Assembly (NCBI RefSeq): GCF_006345805.1
Contig: NC_043009.1
Location: forward strand, 31,558,001-31,622,000
From: Octopus sinensis
Taxonomy: Eukaryota
DNA length: 64,000 bases
Reading direction: 5' to 3'
The notes below the pieces were generated by a model that saw only the letters and a program-made list of their open reading frames with translations, was not told the DNA's origin and ran no database searches. This document shows, one piece after another, positions 13,736-27,059 of this stretch. Positions within the stretch are counted from its first letter, which is position 1; the number at the start of each line of letters is the position of its first letter. The position numbers and the translations under genes were made by a program.

Positions 13736-14875
13736 CAACAAGGAGGAGGAGGGGGACAAAGAATGGAGCTGATTGATGAGGATTGTTTAACTTAATTGCC
13801 GTTTGAGGTTGAGATTTTGGATTGCAATCTTGAAATGCATTATTATTTTCACAGTGCTGTACCCTGCAATACCATAACTCCTCACTGCTTCATGCCATCT
13901 CCTTTTGCTCTAAAACAAGATGTAAGGGTCATTAGGAGAGAGAGAGTACATAGCTTTTAATTTTACACTGAAAGGGCAAAAAAGCAGCCACCATGCAGAT
14001 CTATAATCAAGAATAATTTTCTGTATTTTTCTTTACTTTTCCAGATGTGATATATCCAAGAATTCCTTATTCAATAATGTGTTTTATAATTAAGATTGTA
14101 GATTGGGATTTCTGAGAGCCCCAGAAGCTATTTCTATCAACTTGAGACACCACATTGAACAGTTGCTTCTACCTACTGCATCATGGTACATTTATATGCT
14201 ACATATGATCCATGTGGATACTGTAGATTTTTGAGTTTACTCAGAATATGATAGGTTATTTAGAATATTCCCTAGTTTCAATGTAACACGACACTGCATG
14301 TACAATCCTTTACTGCAAAGTGCATTGTTTGTACCATTCTTGCATTTAAAATGGAATTTTTTTTTATCATACAATAAAATATTTAAAATTCTGATGCTGT
14401 AGCATTTGGTATTTGGCATCTCATTATATACTGTGTATTGAGAAAGGTTGAAAATTGCAAGCAACAAGGCTTGCTAATATTCCATAGAGATGGTCAGACA
14501 CTCCAGATAATATATTTTCACTCTCTTATAGAAATCAGTCTAAAGAAGTTAACTTTTACAGGTTCAGGCTTGGTTGTGTGGCTAAGAGGTTTGTTTTTTA
14601 ACTATGTGGTTTTAGGTTTAATATCTCTGCACAACACTTTGAGCAAATGTTTTCTAATTTAAACCTTGGCTAACCAAAAACTTGTGAATATATTTAGTTA
14701 ATGAAAAATAAGAGCCCACCCACAAACACACACACATGCATGTGTGTATGGCAAATATCCCATACCATTCTTTTTGACCTTTTCTGATGATTGCTGGAGT
14801 TTTCTCAACACCCAGTAGGAAATCAATTGGTAATATTGTTTTATTAATAATAATATACATCTCTCTCTCTCTCTT

Positions 14876-14908
<33 letters not shown>

Positions 14909-15247
14909 ATGTGTGTGTATGTGTGTGTGTGTGTGTTTGCATTTTTGCTCCCTTACACAAAGTCACAATGCTTGAGCAGTGTTGCTGTTGCCCCTTCTCC
15001 TGTCAATATGTCATTCACTCACTTTGTGTCTTTGAAGAAATCCCCTACTTGAAAAACATTCAAAGGTTACCATCAAGAAAGGCATCAAACAGTCCAACAG
15101 TGCCTCAATATCCTATTCAAGTAACCTACGCCAGCATGCAAAAGCAGATATATATATATATATATATATATAAAAACAAACGAACAGGTGAAAGTGATAT
15201 TCCATCATTTTGGTGATCCTTTTGGTAATATTTCCTGCAAACATACC

Positions 15248-15284
<37 letters not shown>

Positions 15285-15989
15285 TCCCTTTCTCTCTCTC
15301 TTATATCCATTCAAGTAATTTCTTCTCACCTTACCATTCTACCATTCCCCCTCATCATTTTATTTTCCCATTCACTCTGCTGGTTACAACTATGGGACTC
15401 ACATTTGCAGGGCAGTGTAAACAGAAGAGTCTGTCAAGTGAGTTGATTTCTTACATTGTTCTAAATTCTGAAATTCTTCAGAACACCTGCTTCTTGTTCA
15501 ATATTACAAACGAAATTTTAAAACAAGTAGAGATATCTATACACCTGTAATAGAAGAACTTTACAAGGACCTTTATAAGATGACACTGAAGAAATTTCTC
15601 TTTTAGAAGAAGCAAATAATTTCTCCCACAAACGTTCTCTCATTAACCAATATTCTTTCCACACAAAAGGATCTCCATCTTAGTCTTAACGAACCATTTC
15701 CAATATTGTTTGTTCCACATTCTGCAGAATTAGGAGAGAGAAGCAGCAGAAATGATGGTGTTAAAAACATTAAGGGTTTTAGATACATACCTTTGGGTTA
15801 CGAATTCAAATCACACAGAATGTCACTTTATTTCTGAATCCTTTATGTTTGATAAAAATGAGTACCAGTATTATTCACTGGCTGATCAGGTGATTATAAT
15901 TTCCTAATGCTACTTTCTGGTCTTGTGATTGAATAAGAAATTATGGTGCTGTAAAGTTCCTGGTTGGGGGCCCAACATTCCGATTTAGA

Positions 15990-16109
15990 AGCACTGTCGC
16001 AATAAGTGTGTGAATCTGAGAGTGGAATATGTTGAATAAAATCATAATTAACTGATCCTCCTCTATTTTCTTTTACCCAAAGCCAGGAACTTTTCAGCAC
16101 CCCCTCGTA
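15990..16109 (+). mobile_element. Mariner 3' end fragment with terminal inverted repeat
   Basis: Encodes KCVNLRVEYVE* (mariner transposase C-terminus), then ends ...ccaggaacttttcagcaccccctcg-TA. Confidence 0.7.
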
Positions 16110-16247
16110 GTTACAAAATTCTTTGGATAGCAAGGTAGCTGTTATATACTGTAGCTGAATATGAAATCATTATATATTGTGTAGAATTGTTATATATGAT
16201 ACATAATTTACATTTGACAGATATTTGTCCTCATCTTGTTTGTTGTT

Positions 16248-16290
16248 AACACATTTCAGCTGATATACCCTTCACCCTTCATCAGGTGTC
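16248..16290 (-). ncRNA. Family A hammerhead, decayed copy
   Basis: Minus strand GACAC-CTGATGA-AGGGTG...CAGCT-GAAA-TGTGTT, with stem III deleted. Confidence 0.55.
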
Positions 16291-16442
16291 TTAGGGAAAT
16301 TTCTCATTACTAAGGTATGCTTTGATGTTTTTATTATTAAGGTCACTGCCTGGAATCGAACTCAGAATGTTGGGGTTAGTAGCCCACACTCTTAACCACT
16401 ATGCCATATGTCTGTGGGCAATTATGGAGTGAATTTTAGGGC

Positions 16443-16752
16443 TTATAAATCTAATATTCTCCTATCCTTCCTTAATACCTGCTCGCATATGCTGTGCATA
16501 TCTGCACTCGGTCTGCTTAGGAGGTTGTTGTGTCCTAGCATATGTGCTGCTTCTTTTAGTTTTCGTATTTTCCAGTGGTGTTCTCTGTCTATTATTTTAA
16601 CTTCATCCCAAAGGGGGAGGTGGTCTCCATTTTTCCATACATGACCAGCTATACTTGACTTATCAATATCTCCTCGTGTCACAGCTTTGCAATGTTCTTC
16701 TACCCTTATTTTGAGGAGGTGGTATGTTTCACCTTTGTATAACCTACCACAG
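16443..16752 (-). pseudogene. Penelope/Poseidon-type GIY-YIG endonuclease C-terminal fragment
   Basis: SCGRLYKGET...KIRVEEH...DKSSIAGHVW...WDEVKIIDREHHWKIRKLKEAAHM...NLLSRPS matches the PLE YIGET-R-EH / S.IA.H / E pattern. Confidence 0.88.
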
Positions 16753-16793
16753 CTGATGAAGGCTGGAAGGTATATCAGCCGAAACATTGTGTT
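16753..16793 (+). ncRNA. Family A hammerhead core in the inverted segment
   Basis: CTGATGA-A-GGCTG-gaaggtatat-CAGCC-GAAA-CATT-GTGTT. Stem II is perfect; the 5' strand of stem I is cut by the inversion junction. Confidence 0.65.
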
Positions 16794-16899
16794 AACAACA
16801 AACAAGATGAGGACAAATATCCATCAAATGTAAATAATGTACATGATTCCTCATCTCTTAAATATAGAACTGTGTTATATATGATATTCTATCTTTTAT

Positions 16900-17262
16900 C
16901 ATTTACTTGTTACAGTCATTAGATTGGGGCCATGCTGGGGCATCTTGTAGAACTTTAGTCAAATGAATCAACCCTAGTGCTTGTTTATTTTAAGCCTGAT
17001 ACTTACTCTATCAGTCTCTTTTGCAGAACCGAGGATGTAAACATACCAATGCCAGTTGTCAAGCAGTGATGGGGCACAAATATAGACACAAAGACACACA
17101 CGCATACATACATATACAAATATATATGATGGACATCTTTCAGTTTCTGTCTTCCAAATCCACTCTGAAGGCTTTGGTTGCCCCAAAACTGTAGCAGAAG
17201 ACACTTGCCCAAGGTGCTACACAGTGGGACTGAACCTGGAACCATGTGGTTGGGAATTGCTA
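16900..17262 (-). mobile_element. CORE-type SINE, same family as 55779-56217
   Basis: agaagacacttgcccaaggtgctacacagtgggactgaacctggaaccatgtgg plus the matching tail. Confidence 0.78.
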
Positions 17263-18197
17263 TCTCGGCACAATAGGAACTTAACGTGTAGGGAGTTAAA
17301 ACAAACATGATAAGGCACCCTGTTTGAATGGTAACCTTTCTACCATATGGATGTCCTTCTTTGCTAAAATGCAATTTTAGTGTAATTTATTTGCTATTTC
17401 TAGCAAGTCAAGTAACAATAATGATCTTGTGGTTATGATGTTGCTATTATAATTACAATTGTTGTTGCCATGGAAATATTACGAAACTGATACATTCAGA
17501 GACTTTAGACTTTGTGTCGAGGTAGGATTAGCTTCTCTTGTTGTAGCTGTTGATGTTGTTGCTGTTGTTGTTGATGCCTCTTTTGTTGCTGTTATCGTGG
17601 GCATAACATTATTTTGTTGTTGTTTTGTTGTTGCAGCTATTGTTGTTGTTGTTGATTTTGTTATTATTATTGTTGTTGTTGTTGTTTTTGTTGTCGCTGT
17701 TGTTGTTGGTGGTGGTGTTGTTGTTGTTGTTGCTGTGGCTACTGTTGCAGTTGTTACTTCTAATGTTATGATATCACCATTTTGCTTGCTGTTCCTATGT
17801 TTTGTTGTTCTGCTCTTTGGAATGTTCGGTGCTGGTGGTGTGACTCTTCCTCCGACTCCTAATGGCACCATGATGGTTTCCAAGAATTAATAATAGACTA
17901 AATTGAAATGTTAACATTTCAAAACCTGCACCATTTTTCATGGCATGGAATTTATTAAACTGAAGCCAAATGTATGAAAAATTCATTTTTTTCCTCTTCA
18001 TTTAACCGATTCCTGTGTACACAATGATATTGTCTGATGGAGGTGTGTGCAATTACAGCAGACACATTTGTGGGTGTATATGAAGGAGTGGGTGTACATA
18101 AATGTGTGCATGCTTACAGTGGACATGTGTGTGTGCGTGTGCGTGCATGCTTGTGTGTGTGTCTATATAAATAAATAAATATATATATATATATATA

Positions 18198-18267
<70 letters not shown>

Positions 18268-18280
18268 TATATATATTATG

Positions 18281-18361
<81 letters not shown>

Positions 18362-18380
18362 TATATATATATTATATGTA

Positions 18381-18422
<42 letters not shown>

Positions 18423-18435
18423 ATATATATATATG

Positions 18436-18472
<37 letters not shown>

Positions 18473-18589
18473 GTATGCATATATGTAAAAGGGATAAGTT
18501 ATGCTGACAGATATATGAATATATATTTATATATATATATATAAATGTGTGTGTGTGTGTGTTATTGCAGGAAACAGAACTTGTACAGG

Positions 18590-19420
18590 TATAATCATAT
18601 TTGTCTCTGCACATCACATTGTAAATTTCAGCTCTCTGCTAGTATTCGTTTGTCTTTTACTGATGCTGAAGTGAACTAAAGTGTTATATAATGAAGGAAG
18701 TTGAATGCAGATCAGTGATCAGGTTCTTATACCTGAAAGGCCATACACCAATAGAGACTTTCGATGAAATGAAAGAAGTTTATGGTGATGATGCACCATC
18801 ATACGACGTAGTCAAGCACTGGCATCACCAGTTGAAATATGGTCAGACATCGGTGGAAACTGCACCTATTCCCGGATGGCCACATTCTGCCATTGATGAT
18901 GGCACCATCCATAAAGTGGAAACTGTTTTTTTTTTGGAGGATTACCACATAGCTATTTGGCAACTAGCCCAAGAAGTGAAGATACATATAGGGTCCATGG
19001 AAAAAAGTCATTCACAACCATTTACATATGTGGAAGTTGTCTGTATGATGGATTCCCCAGATGCTCACACCTTTTCAGAAGCAGGAATGAGTCAGTTGCT
19101 CCTAGACTCTTTTAGCAATGTGCCAAGAAAACGAGGAGGACTTTTTCAGCAGAATTATCACAGGGTGAAACATGGGTCCATCACTTTGATCCTGAGACTA
19201 AAGTCCATTTGAAGCAATGGAAGCATGATTACTCACCACATCCAAAGAAGGCTTGTGTCCAACCCTCAGCAGGCAAGGTGATGCTCACAGTCAATGTGGA
19301 GTAGTGGTGATGGATTTTCTGGCAAAGGGCACCACAATTAACAGGGCATATTATGCTTCTCTGCTGCAGAAATTGCAAGATGCCAACAAAGCAGAGAGGT
19401 GTGGCATGCTGACCAAAAGC
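18590..19420 (+). pseudogene. Decayed mariner transposase (N-terminal two thirds, frameshifted)
   Basis: ORF 18691: RSVIRFLYLKG...EMKEVYGDDAPSYDVVKHW (mariner HTH). WIPQML (WVPxxL motif) lies in a shifted frame, followed by DFLAKGTTINRAYYASLLQKL. Confidence 0.88.
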
Positions 19421-19557
19421 ATTTATAATATGCTCTCCAATCATCAGTATGACATAACCAGAAAATATAAATATAAACATCTCTCCATACCAAGCAAACA
19501 ACAACGCATCCAGCAGAGCATATACAAATGTTCATATACATACATATATATACATAT

Positions 19558-19872
19558 GTGTGGAGGCGCAATGGCCTAGTGGTTAGGGCAGCAGACTCGC
19601 GGTCGTAGGATCGCGGTTTCGATTCCTAGACCGGGCGTTCTGAGTGTTTATTGAGCGAAAACACCTAAAAGCTCCACGAGGCTCCGACAGGGGGTGGTGA
19701 TCCCTGCTGTACTCTTTCACCACTCTTTCTCTCACTCTTTCTTCTGTTGGCCTGCTCGCTTAGCCAGCTGGGTGGCGTCATTCGAAGGCTAAAAAAAAAC
19801 AATGAGAATGCATTGTGACCAGTGATGTGTAGCAACATCTGATGGTCTGGTCGGTCACATGATCACGTGATA
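19558..19872 (+). mobile_element. Full-length tRNA-derived SINE
   Basis: A box tggcctagtggtt, B box ggtttcgattcc, body and tail ending gatcacgtgata. A second copy lies at 21045-21353. Confidence 0.85.
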
Positions 19873-20349
19873 TTCATATGTAGTGAAGCAGATGTCCAGT
19901 CATAGAGCGACCAATAGTTTTACATCCACAAAGTGCCATCCATAAAGCCAGGTGCTTTATGGACAGCTCGGCAAACTCTAAATGGTAAAGGCCATATACT
20001 TCTTTAAACTGTGGAAGTAAAATTCCATTATGGTCAGTTAGTAAATAAAGAATAAACCGTCCAGGTCAGCAAGGACTGATTATTTTCCTTAAACCAGTTC
20101 AGTTGGCAGTTTATAAGGGCTAAAATGGCAAATGGGGAACACTGCTTTTAGGTTGCTTCTAGCCTGTAAAACCTTTTTCAGATCTAATTGTTAACTGAGG
20201 AATTCTTCTATGTGGTGCCCCAGCATGGCCGCAGTCTAGTGATTGAAACAAGTAAAAGACATAGATTTGTGTATATGTACAGAGATTTTGTGTGTCCATG
20301 TGTGTGTATATTTGTATGCATATATCTGTCTGTGATGTAATATCAATGT

Positions 20350-20578
20350 TTTAAATCTTTTGTTAGATATTTCTGCTAAAATATACTGACTCTGTTTCAA
20401 TTAAATTTGAAAATAACAAACAATTTAATAAAATAACTTTGCCATTATTAAAATGGTATTTGAAACATAAATTAACATGAAATTTCTATGGAAAGTTTTA
20501 ATTCATATCATTTTAAACAGGAAGTTTGTATCAAATAATTAAGAATGGTCTCAGGTGGTTTGGTATCAAAAAGCTTAA
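20350..20578. mobile_element. Putative TTAA-flanked MITE remnant
   Basis: Begins ttaaatcttttgtta and ends ggtatcaaaaagcttaa (degenerate inverted ends). A related end occurs at ~63770 and a similar TTAA-bounded unit at 43519-43738. Confidence 0.4.
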
Positions 20579-21044
20579 AAGAATTATGGAATATTTTGAA
20601 AATTCTTGCAAACCAAAGAGAAGCAATCTATCATTTCAGCCAATAGAATTCTTGGAACTTAAGAAAAAAGTTTAATTTTAAAATGGCTTTTATTAATCTC
20701 TGGCTTCATTGGGTTAGCCATTCTACTTTTGTTGGTTTGTGAGTCTCAGTGTTTAGAAATTTCGTTAGTTTTCATGGAACAACAGACTTCTAAATAAAGA
20801 AGATATTTATTGTTATTTATTAACATAGCCAGTAAGTAAAATGGCGATGATGTTTGCAGATATTTCTTGGATATTGGAATATATTTCAGAGTCATGAGAA
20901 ATTTAAGTGTTGGTAACAGAATAAGCGTGCTAAAGGCACTCAAAACTTAGAAGATAAAAGGAGCGTCAAACAATGTAAATTAGGATTTATAATGTTCCTG
21001 ACAAAAACATAAACATGTAAGCATATATATATATATATACATAT

Positions 21045-21353
21045 GTGTGGAGGCACAATGGCCCACTGGTTAGGGCAGAGGACTTGCGGTTGTGGGATCG
21101 CAGTTTCAATTCCCAGACCAGGCGTTGTGAGTGTCTATTGAGCAAAATCACCTATAGCTCCACGAGGCTCTGGCAGGGGGTGGTGGCGATCCCTGCTGTA
21201 CTCTTTCGACGCAACTTTCTCTCTTTCTTCTGTTGGCCTGCTTGCTTAGCCAGTGGAGTGGCATCCTTTGAAGGCTAAAACATTGCAAAGCGCATTGTGA
21301 CCAGTGATGTGTAGCAACATCTGATAGCCTGATCAGACCCGTGATCACGTGAT
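21045..21353 (+). mobile_element. Full-length tRNA-derived SINE, same family as 19558-19872
   Basis: Colinear along its whole length with the 19.6 kb copy. Confidence 0.85.
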
Positions 21354-21378
21354 ATATATATATATATATACATATATA

Positions 21379-21697
21379 TGGAGCACTCCGTCGGTTGTGA
21401 CGAAGAGGGTCCCAGCTGATACAATCAAAGGAACAGCTTGCTTATGAAATTAGCGTGCATGTGGCTGAGCACTCCACAGACATGCACACCCTTAAACGTA
21501 GTTCAGTGTGAGATTCAGTTTGACACAGAATGTGACAAGGCTGGCTCCTTTGAAAAACAGGTACTACTCATTTTTGCCAGCTGAGTGGAATGGAGTTATG
21601 TGAAATAAAGTGTCTTGCTCAAGGTCACAAGACGCTGCCGGGAATTGAACTCATGACCTTATAATCACGAGCCGAATGCCCTAACCACTAAGCCATA
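21379..21697 (-). mobile_element. tRNA-headed CORE-type SINE (second family)
   Basis: Minus strand tggcttagtggttagggc...gagttcaattcc...gtgaccttgagcaagacacttt (CORE-like). Other copies at 28668-28978 (+) and 63826-64000 (-). Confidence 0.8.
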
Positions 21698-22588
21698 TGT
21701 GCGTGTGTGTAATTTCCCAGAATGCATCAAGAAATGCATTGAAAACAAGAGTCACAGAGATTGTCTGATGAACTAATGTTTTTATTCTTACCTTATTTAG
21801 AGACTAATGGAATAAAATAAAACAACCTGAGGCAATTACATTAGTGTGTATGTATATATATATACGTATATATATACACGTGCACATATACATACATTTA
21901 TCATACATAAATATATATATGTGTGTGAGTGTGTGTGTGCCAATCTCTAATTGTGGAAGGAAGTGTGGAAGAGTTGTTAGACACCAGGAAGACATGCAAT
22001 GAAGTGGTGAGGAAGGATCTTCAGATGTTGGGCCTCACAGAGGAGATAACAAGGGACAGTGGTTGGCATTAGGAAAGGCATCCAGCACTATGCCAAAACG
22101 GACAGGGAGTCCGGGTAGCTCTTCAGCTGGTCACTACTTCTTGTCAAACCATGCAACCCATGCCAGCACAGAAAACGGACATTAAATGATGATGATGATA
22201 ATGATAAGGTTGAAGATGATGGTGATGATGATGATGATGATACGTCTATATGTATATATATGCTTCTGGTGTGAAGAGAGATAGATAGAAATATATATAT
22301 ATGCATGTATATATATGTTTGTGTGTATGTGTGTGTGTGTGTGTGTGTAGTATAATTTGATTAAAATCCTTGCCATGTGCATTTAAGTGCTCCCATTCTA
22401 TTAATTGGCTATTACATGCTATTCTACTGTAGGATATCTTCCAGGGTTGGAAATCAGGATGGAAGATGGAAGATACCAAGTTTTAATAGCAGCTCACAAC
22501 AAAGTACATAAATTAAAGGGCACATGACAATGAATACTGATAACATATTTTGAAAATATTTATGTATGTATATATATATATATATGTG

Positions 22589-22651
<63 letters not shown>

Positions 22652-22661
22652 AATATATCAT

Positions 22662-22855
22662 CATCATCATCATCGTTAACGTCCGTTTTCCATGCTAGCA
22701 TGGGTTGGACAGTTCAACTGGGGTCTGGGAAGCCAGAAGGCTGCGCCAGGCCCAGTCTGATCTGGCAGTGTTTCTACAGCTGGATGCCCTTCCTAATGCC
22801 AACCACTCCATGTGTGTAGCGGGTGCTTTTTACGTGCCACCTGCACAGGGGCCAG
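22662..22855 (-). mobile_element. (GAT)n-tailed SINE/RTE-like 3' repeat
   Basis: catcatcgttaacgtccgttttccatgctagcatgggttggac...ggatgcccttcctaatgccaaccact. At least 10 copies in the window (10.8, 13.1, 22.1, 25.7, 30.7, 35.5, 39.2, 43.0, 47.0 and 61.4 kb). Confidence 0.8.
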
Positions 22856-22862
22856 ATATATA

Positions 22863-22908
<46 letters not shown>

Positions 22909-23296
22909 TAGTGGTACAACAATGCACCAATATTTACTCGAAATAGCAGATGATTATATACTATAATAATGCTTCACTGTGTAAATATACTGGTGAAGAT
23001 GTTTGCAGGTGGCAAACATAAAAGTTTTCATCTTACCTGTAGGAAGAACATTAAATAAATGTGCAACCCAGATGTGGATAATCTAGGACCAAGGTTTCAA
23101 ACTTTCTAAATTACGTTTGTCAACATAAATTTGATTAGTCCTCTTCAGCTTTCTAATTTCAAATGTCACTACATTAAAGCAACCAGTATTACTTGTCTTA
23201 ACGCCTGGCCGTTAACAGACCAAGAACAGTGAAAAAGTTTTCAAGAAAAAATTATTGAATAGTGCAATACAATGATGATGATAATGATGATGATTG

Positions 23297-23357
<61 letters not shown>

Positions 23358-23540
23358 GGTGGTGGTGGATGATGATGATGGACTAACTAATGTGAAGTTG
23401 AGTCTGTTGCAAGCATTCAAGTAAGGTGCTCAGTTTGTGTTTACCTTCTTCATTTTCTTTCACAAATCTCAGACTCTGGATAGAGATATAAAGGGCTCTG
23501 TATCCTACCCTTCCAACACTGCCCAATGGTTTTTAAAAAA

Positions 23541-23593
<53 letters not shown>

Positions 23594-25121
23594 GTTATTA
23601 TTATTATTATCATTATTATAATTGTTGTTGTTGTCGTTGTTGTTATTATTACCATTATTACTACTATGTCTAATAAAGAAGTTATCATGGCCATTAGCAA
23701 CAACATTTTGACCTTGGTCACAAGCAGATGTTGACTAAGTGAGAAGAAAATATGTAATCATAATAAAATTTTATGAATATTAAATTTGGATGCCTTTAAG
23801 GTTTCTTGGTTGATGACCAGCTATTTCAAATCCATTTATTTTAAAATCAATTGTGTTGGTCTTTGTAAAAGCTCACAAAGTATTCCTCACCTCACCAAAG
23901 CATTCATTATTAATTCTACGAATCCCCAGAGGTTTGCTATCATTTGCTCACACTTGAAGTGCCTCCCTGTTTTTCAATGTTTTTCTCTTCCAGCAAACAG
24001 TCCTTATCCATTCAGATGTACAGAATTTCATTGTTCTCATCATTGTTAACAGGATGTGACTGATGCTTCTATCCATTCCTAAATTATTGGCAATCTTCAT
24101 ATTTAGGAACCTGTTAACAATAACTTCATCTCTAAGAAGCTCTGATAATCTCCTCTCCTGCCCACCACCGACTCCAACAGCATCTCTGCAGTTTGGTGTT
24201 CGTTTTGTTTAACCAATCAGATATTAGTCTTTATTTAATATCAAACCAGGCCAAAATAGCCAGCAGTAGGAATATTGATAAATAATTAGACTTATCAGTC
24301 TTCAGGTTCCGAAAATCCTGAATTCTATGGAAACAGGGATATGCAAAAGCAAAATATTTCTGATAATCAACAAACACTTTCTTATCTTTGTACTTTATAT
24401 TTATAACAAGTTTATTTCATTATGTTATTTAATGCCAAATCTAACAGGAATGATGAGGGTTGCTCCAGCATGGCCATGTACTGTTTGGAACTAGCAAGGG
24501 AATGAATAAAGAAGTATTTGTTTTTAATTACATTTCTGTTTGTCACAAATTGTCACATAATTTACGTGACAGGTAACTGACCAAATAGATAATGTAGTGG
24601 ATTGCTTGCAGTTGCTTGGATCCAGAGTTCAATTCTACCTTATGTCAACTATTAGTGTTGTCATTGCTACTGCCGTTGCTGCTATTGCTGATGGTGTTGC
24701 TGCTTAGCACAAGTTCAACCCTGATATATCAAACCAGTTATTATATCAAGGGCCTTCCAGAGCTGACCATCTTGTCTTAGTTCCACAAATAACTTATCTA
24801 AAATTATAGTAGAATGGCAAATTGTCAAAATTGTTATTGTTGGGATGAATGAAGTTTAATCTTCACTCTAGTCTACCACCATCTGAGTTCAAATCTTGGG
24901 AGGGTCATTTTGTTTTTCATTTTTTTCAAAGCCACTAAACAAAGTAGTTGAGTACAAGGTTCAGTTCTTACACCACTCTCTCTCTCTCTCTCTATCTCTG
25001 CCTATCATCTTATCTGTCAGTCTATCTATCTTTAAGTTTGTGCATGTGTATATATATTACATATATATACCTCTATATGTGCATGCACTTGCAAACACAC
25101 ATATATGCATATATACATACA

Positions 25122-25155
<34 letters not shown>

Positions 25156-25639
25156 CGTATATACATATCTATATAAATATATATGTTGGTTTTCTACTCC
25201 TTATGCAGAGTTTGACCACCTCCTGTACCTACACCTTAGAACCATCATAGCTTCTGATGTGGCTTTTTAAACCAGACAATGTTCTGAAAAGACACCCACA
25301 TAGATTGCATATCCGATTTGGACAACAAAGAGCTGCAGTTAAGTTCCGACCTTTGTGGATGTTAAAATGTCATACATTGCACTGAAAGGTGTGCACAGAC
25401 ATATAGGCAGATTAATTGGTAGGAATCATTTTCCATGGGTCCACAAATGAGATTTGAGCCCAGCAAAAGAAAGGCATGGTCTTTCACAAGCTGTGCACAC
25501 AAAAAGGTCATTGTGATTCACCTTGTAACATTCTTCTTTAAATCTCTCTTGAGCCTTGTATGCATTATCCTGGCCTCTTCAAACACTTTCTCTCCACCCC
25601 ACATATATAAAAAGCACCATTCAAGCATTGGGCCTCACA

Positions 25640-25967
25640 GAGGCAGTGATGAGGGACCAAGACCTTCAATGTTATACTGCATTTGAGAAGACCTGCCAAT
25701 CCAAGTGAGATCATAGTTGTGCCTGATGCTGGTGGCATGTCAATGGTACCCATGCCAGTGGCACGTAAAAGGCACCCACTACACTCTTGGAGTGGTTGGT
25801 ATTAGGAAGGGCATCCAGTCGTAGAAACTTTGCCTGGTCAGATTGGAACCTGTTGCAGCTCCTCAGCTTGCCTGTTTTCAGTCAAACCATCCAGACCATA
25901 CCAGCATCAAAAGCAAATGCTAAATGATGATGATGATGATGGTGATGACGACGACGACGATGATGAT
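25640..25967 (+). mobile_element. (GAT)n-tailed SINE/RTE-like repeat
   Basis: gtggcacgtaaaaggcacccactacactcttggagtggttggtattaggaagggcatccag...taaatgatgatgat. Confidence 0.75.
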
Positions 25968-27010
25968 ATAGATAGGCAGACAGACAGCTAGATACATAAA
26001 TATATTTTTGTTGGGCAAGGAAGTTAGAGAGAGACAGAGAATAATGAAGTAATAGAGGTGGCGTTAGCCATGGCGGTATTGGCCAAGATGGTGAAGAGGG
26101 TGCTGGTAAAAGTGGCGAGGATGGGGATGTTGGGAGTGGTGGTATACATACTTAACTTTCCTGACTATAATTCAGAAAAGAAGAACAAAAAAGAAAAAAA
26201 AGAGACAAAGGAGAGAGGAAGAAGGAGAAGAAGAAATCCATTATTCATAAAACAGACAGGAAAATAAAATTGATGTTGAGACATAAATTCATGTCTTATT
26301 TATTTTCATGATTTAATTTTAGAATTTTCAGCAGAACTAACTTCCTAAACTTAAATGCAATATTTATGGAAATGGGGAAATAAATTGCATATTCCAAATA
26401 CTAATACTACTACTAATAATAATAGTGATGATGACGATGATGATGACAATAATGACGACAACGACGACGATGGTGATGATGATGATGATGATGATGATGA
26501 CGATGGTGACGATGATAATGATGATGACGATGATGATGAAGATGATGACGATGATGATGCTGATGATGATAATGATGATGGGGCCATGGTGGTGGTAACA
26601 ACAGTGTCAGTGGTGGTAGTGGTGGTGGTGCTTCATGTCTTCGTAATAAAGGTAATGCAATGTATACAAAGATAGCAGTGTTCTGGAGTGGTGGTCACTG
26701 TAATGACCACCACAAAAACAACCTGGTTATAAAATTATGGCAAATCAATCCATTTTGATTTAGTCCTTTAAATATTATTTCATTCCTCTATATTTTTCAA
26801 TATATTCCATTCATAACAAGTTTCCTTAAACTTTTTACACATCTTCATACAAACTTCGTTAACTGGATATTCCAATTAATTTCATGCAACACTTAACGAA
26901 AGAATTAATTTCTTCAATAAATTATTTTGAAAAGCTATTCATATTTATAAATGAGGCCACACATACACACACACACACACACATGTACATGCACACACAG
27001 ACATACATGT

Positions 27011-27056
<46 letters not shown>

Positions 27057-27059
27057 TAA

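Larger units (their letters stand above)
16202..16873 (-). mobile_element. 5'-truncated Penelope-like (Poseidon-type) insertion with inverted terminal segment
   Basis: GIY-YIG ORF end on the - strand, followed by the family-A tRNA-head/HHR unit. An inverted copy of the unit's 3' half lies at 16753-16873. Direct repeat gttatatatgata at 16189-16201 and 16874-16886. Confidence 0.88.

Noticed and set aside
13855-14187. Two plus-strand acceptor-led segments giving similar peptides (VLYPAIP*, DVIYPRIPY...)
   Set aside because: Short match, early stops and no supporting neighbouring exons; likely chance.
19558-19635. tRNA gene-like sequence (also 21045, 9504, 55779)
   Set aside because: A and B boxes are present but the acceptor stem does not close and the sequence continues into a repeated body, so these are SINE heads and not tRNA genes.
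26688-26713. Perfect 10-bp hairpin gtggtggtca-ctgtaa-tgaccaccac
   Set aside because: Isolated, adjacent to (GGT)n-rich sequence and with no further structure; a prokaryotic terminator is not applicable.
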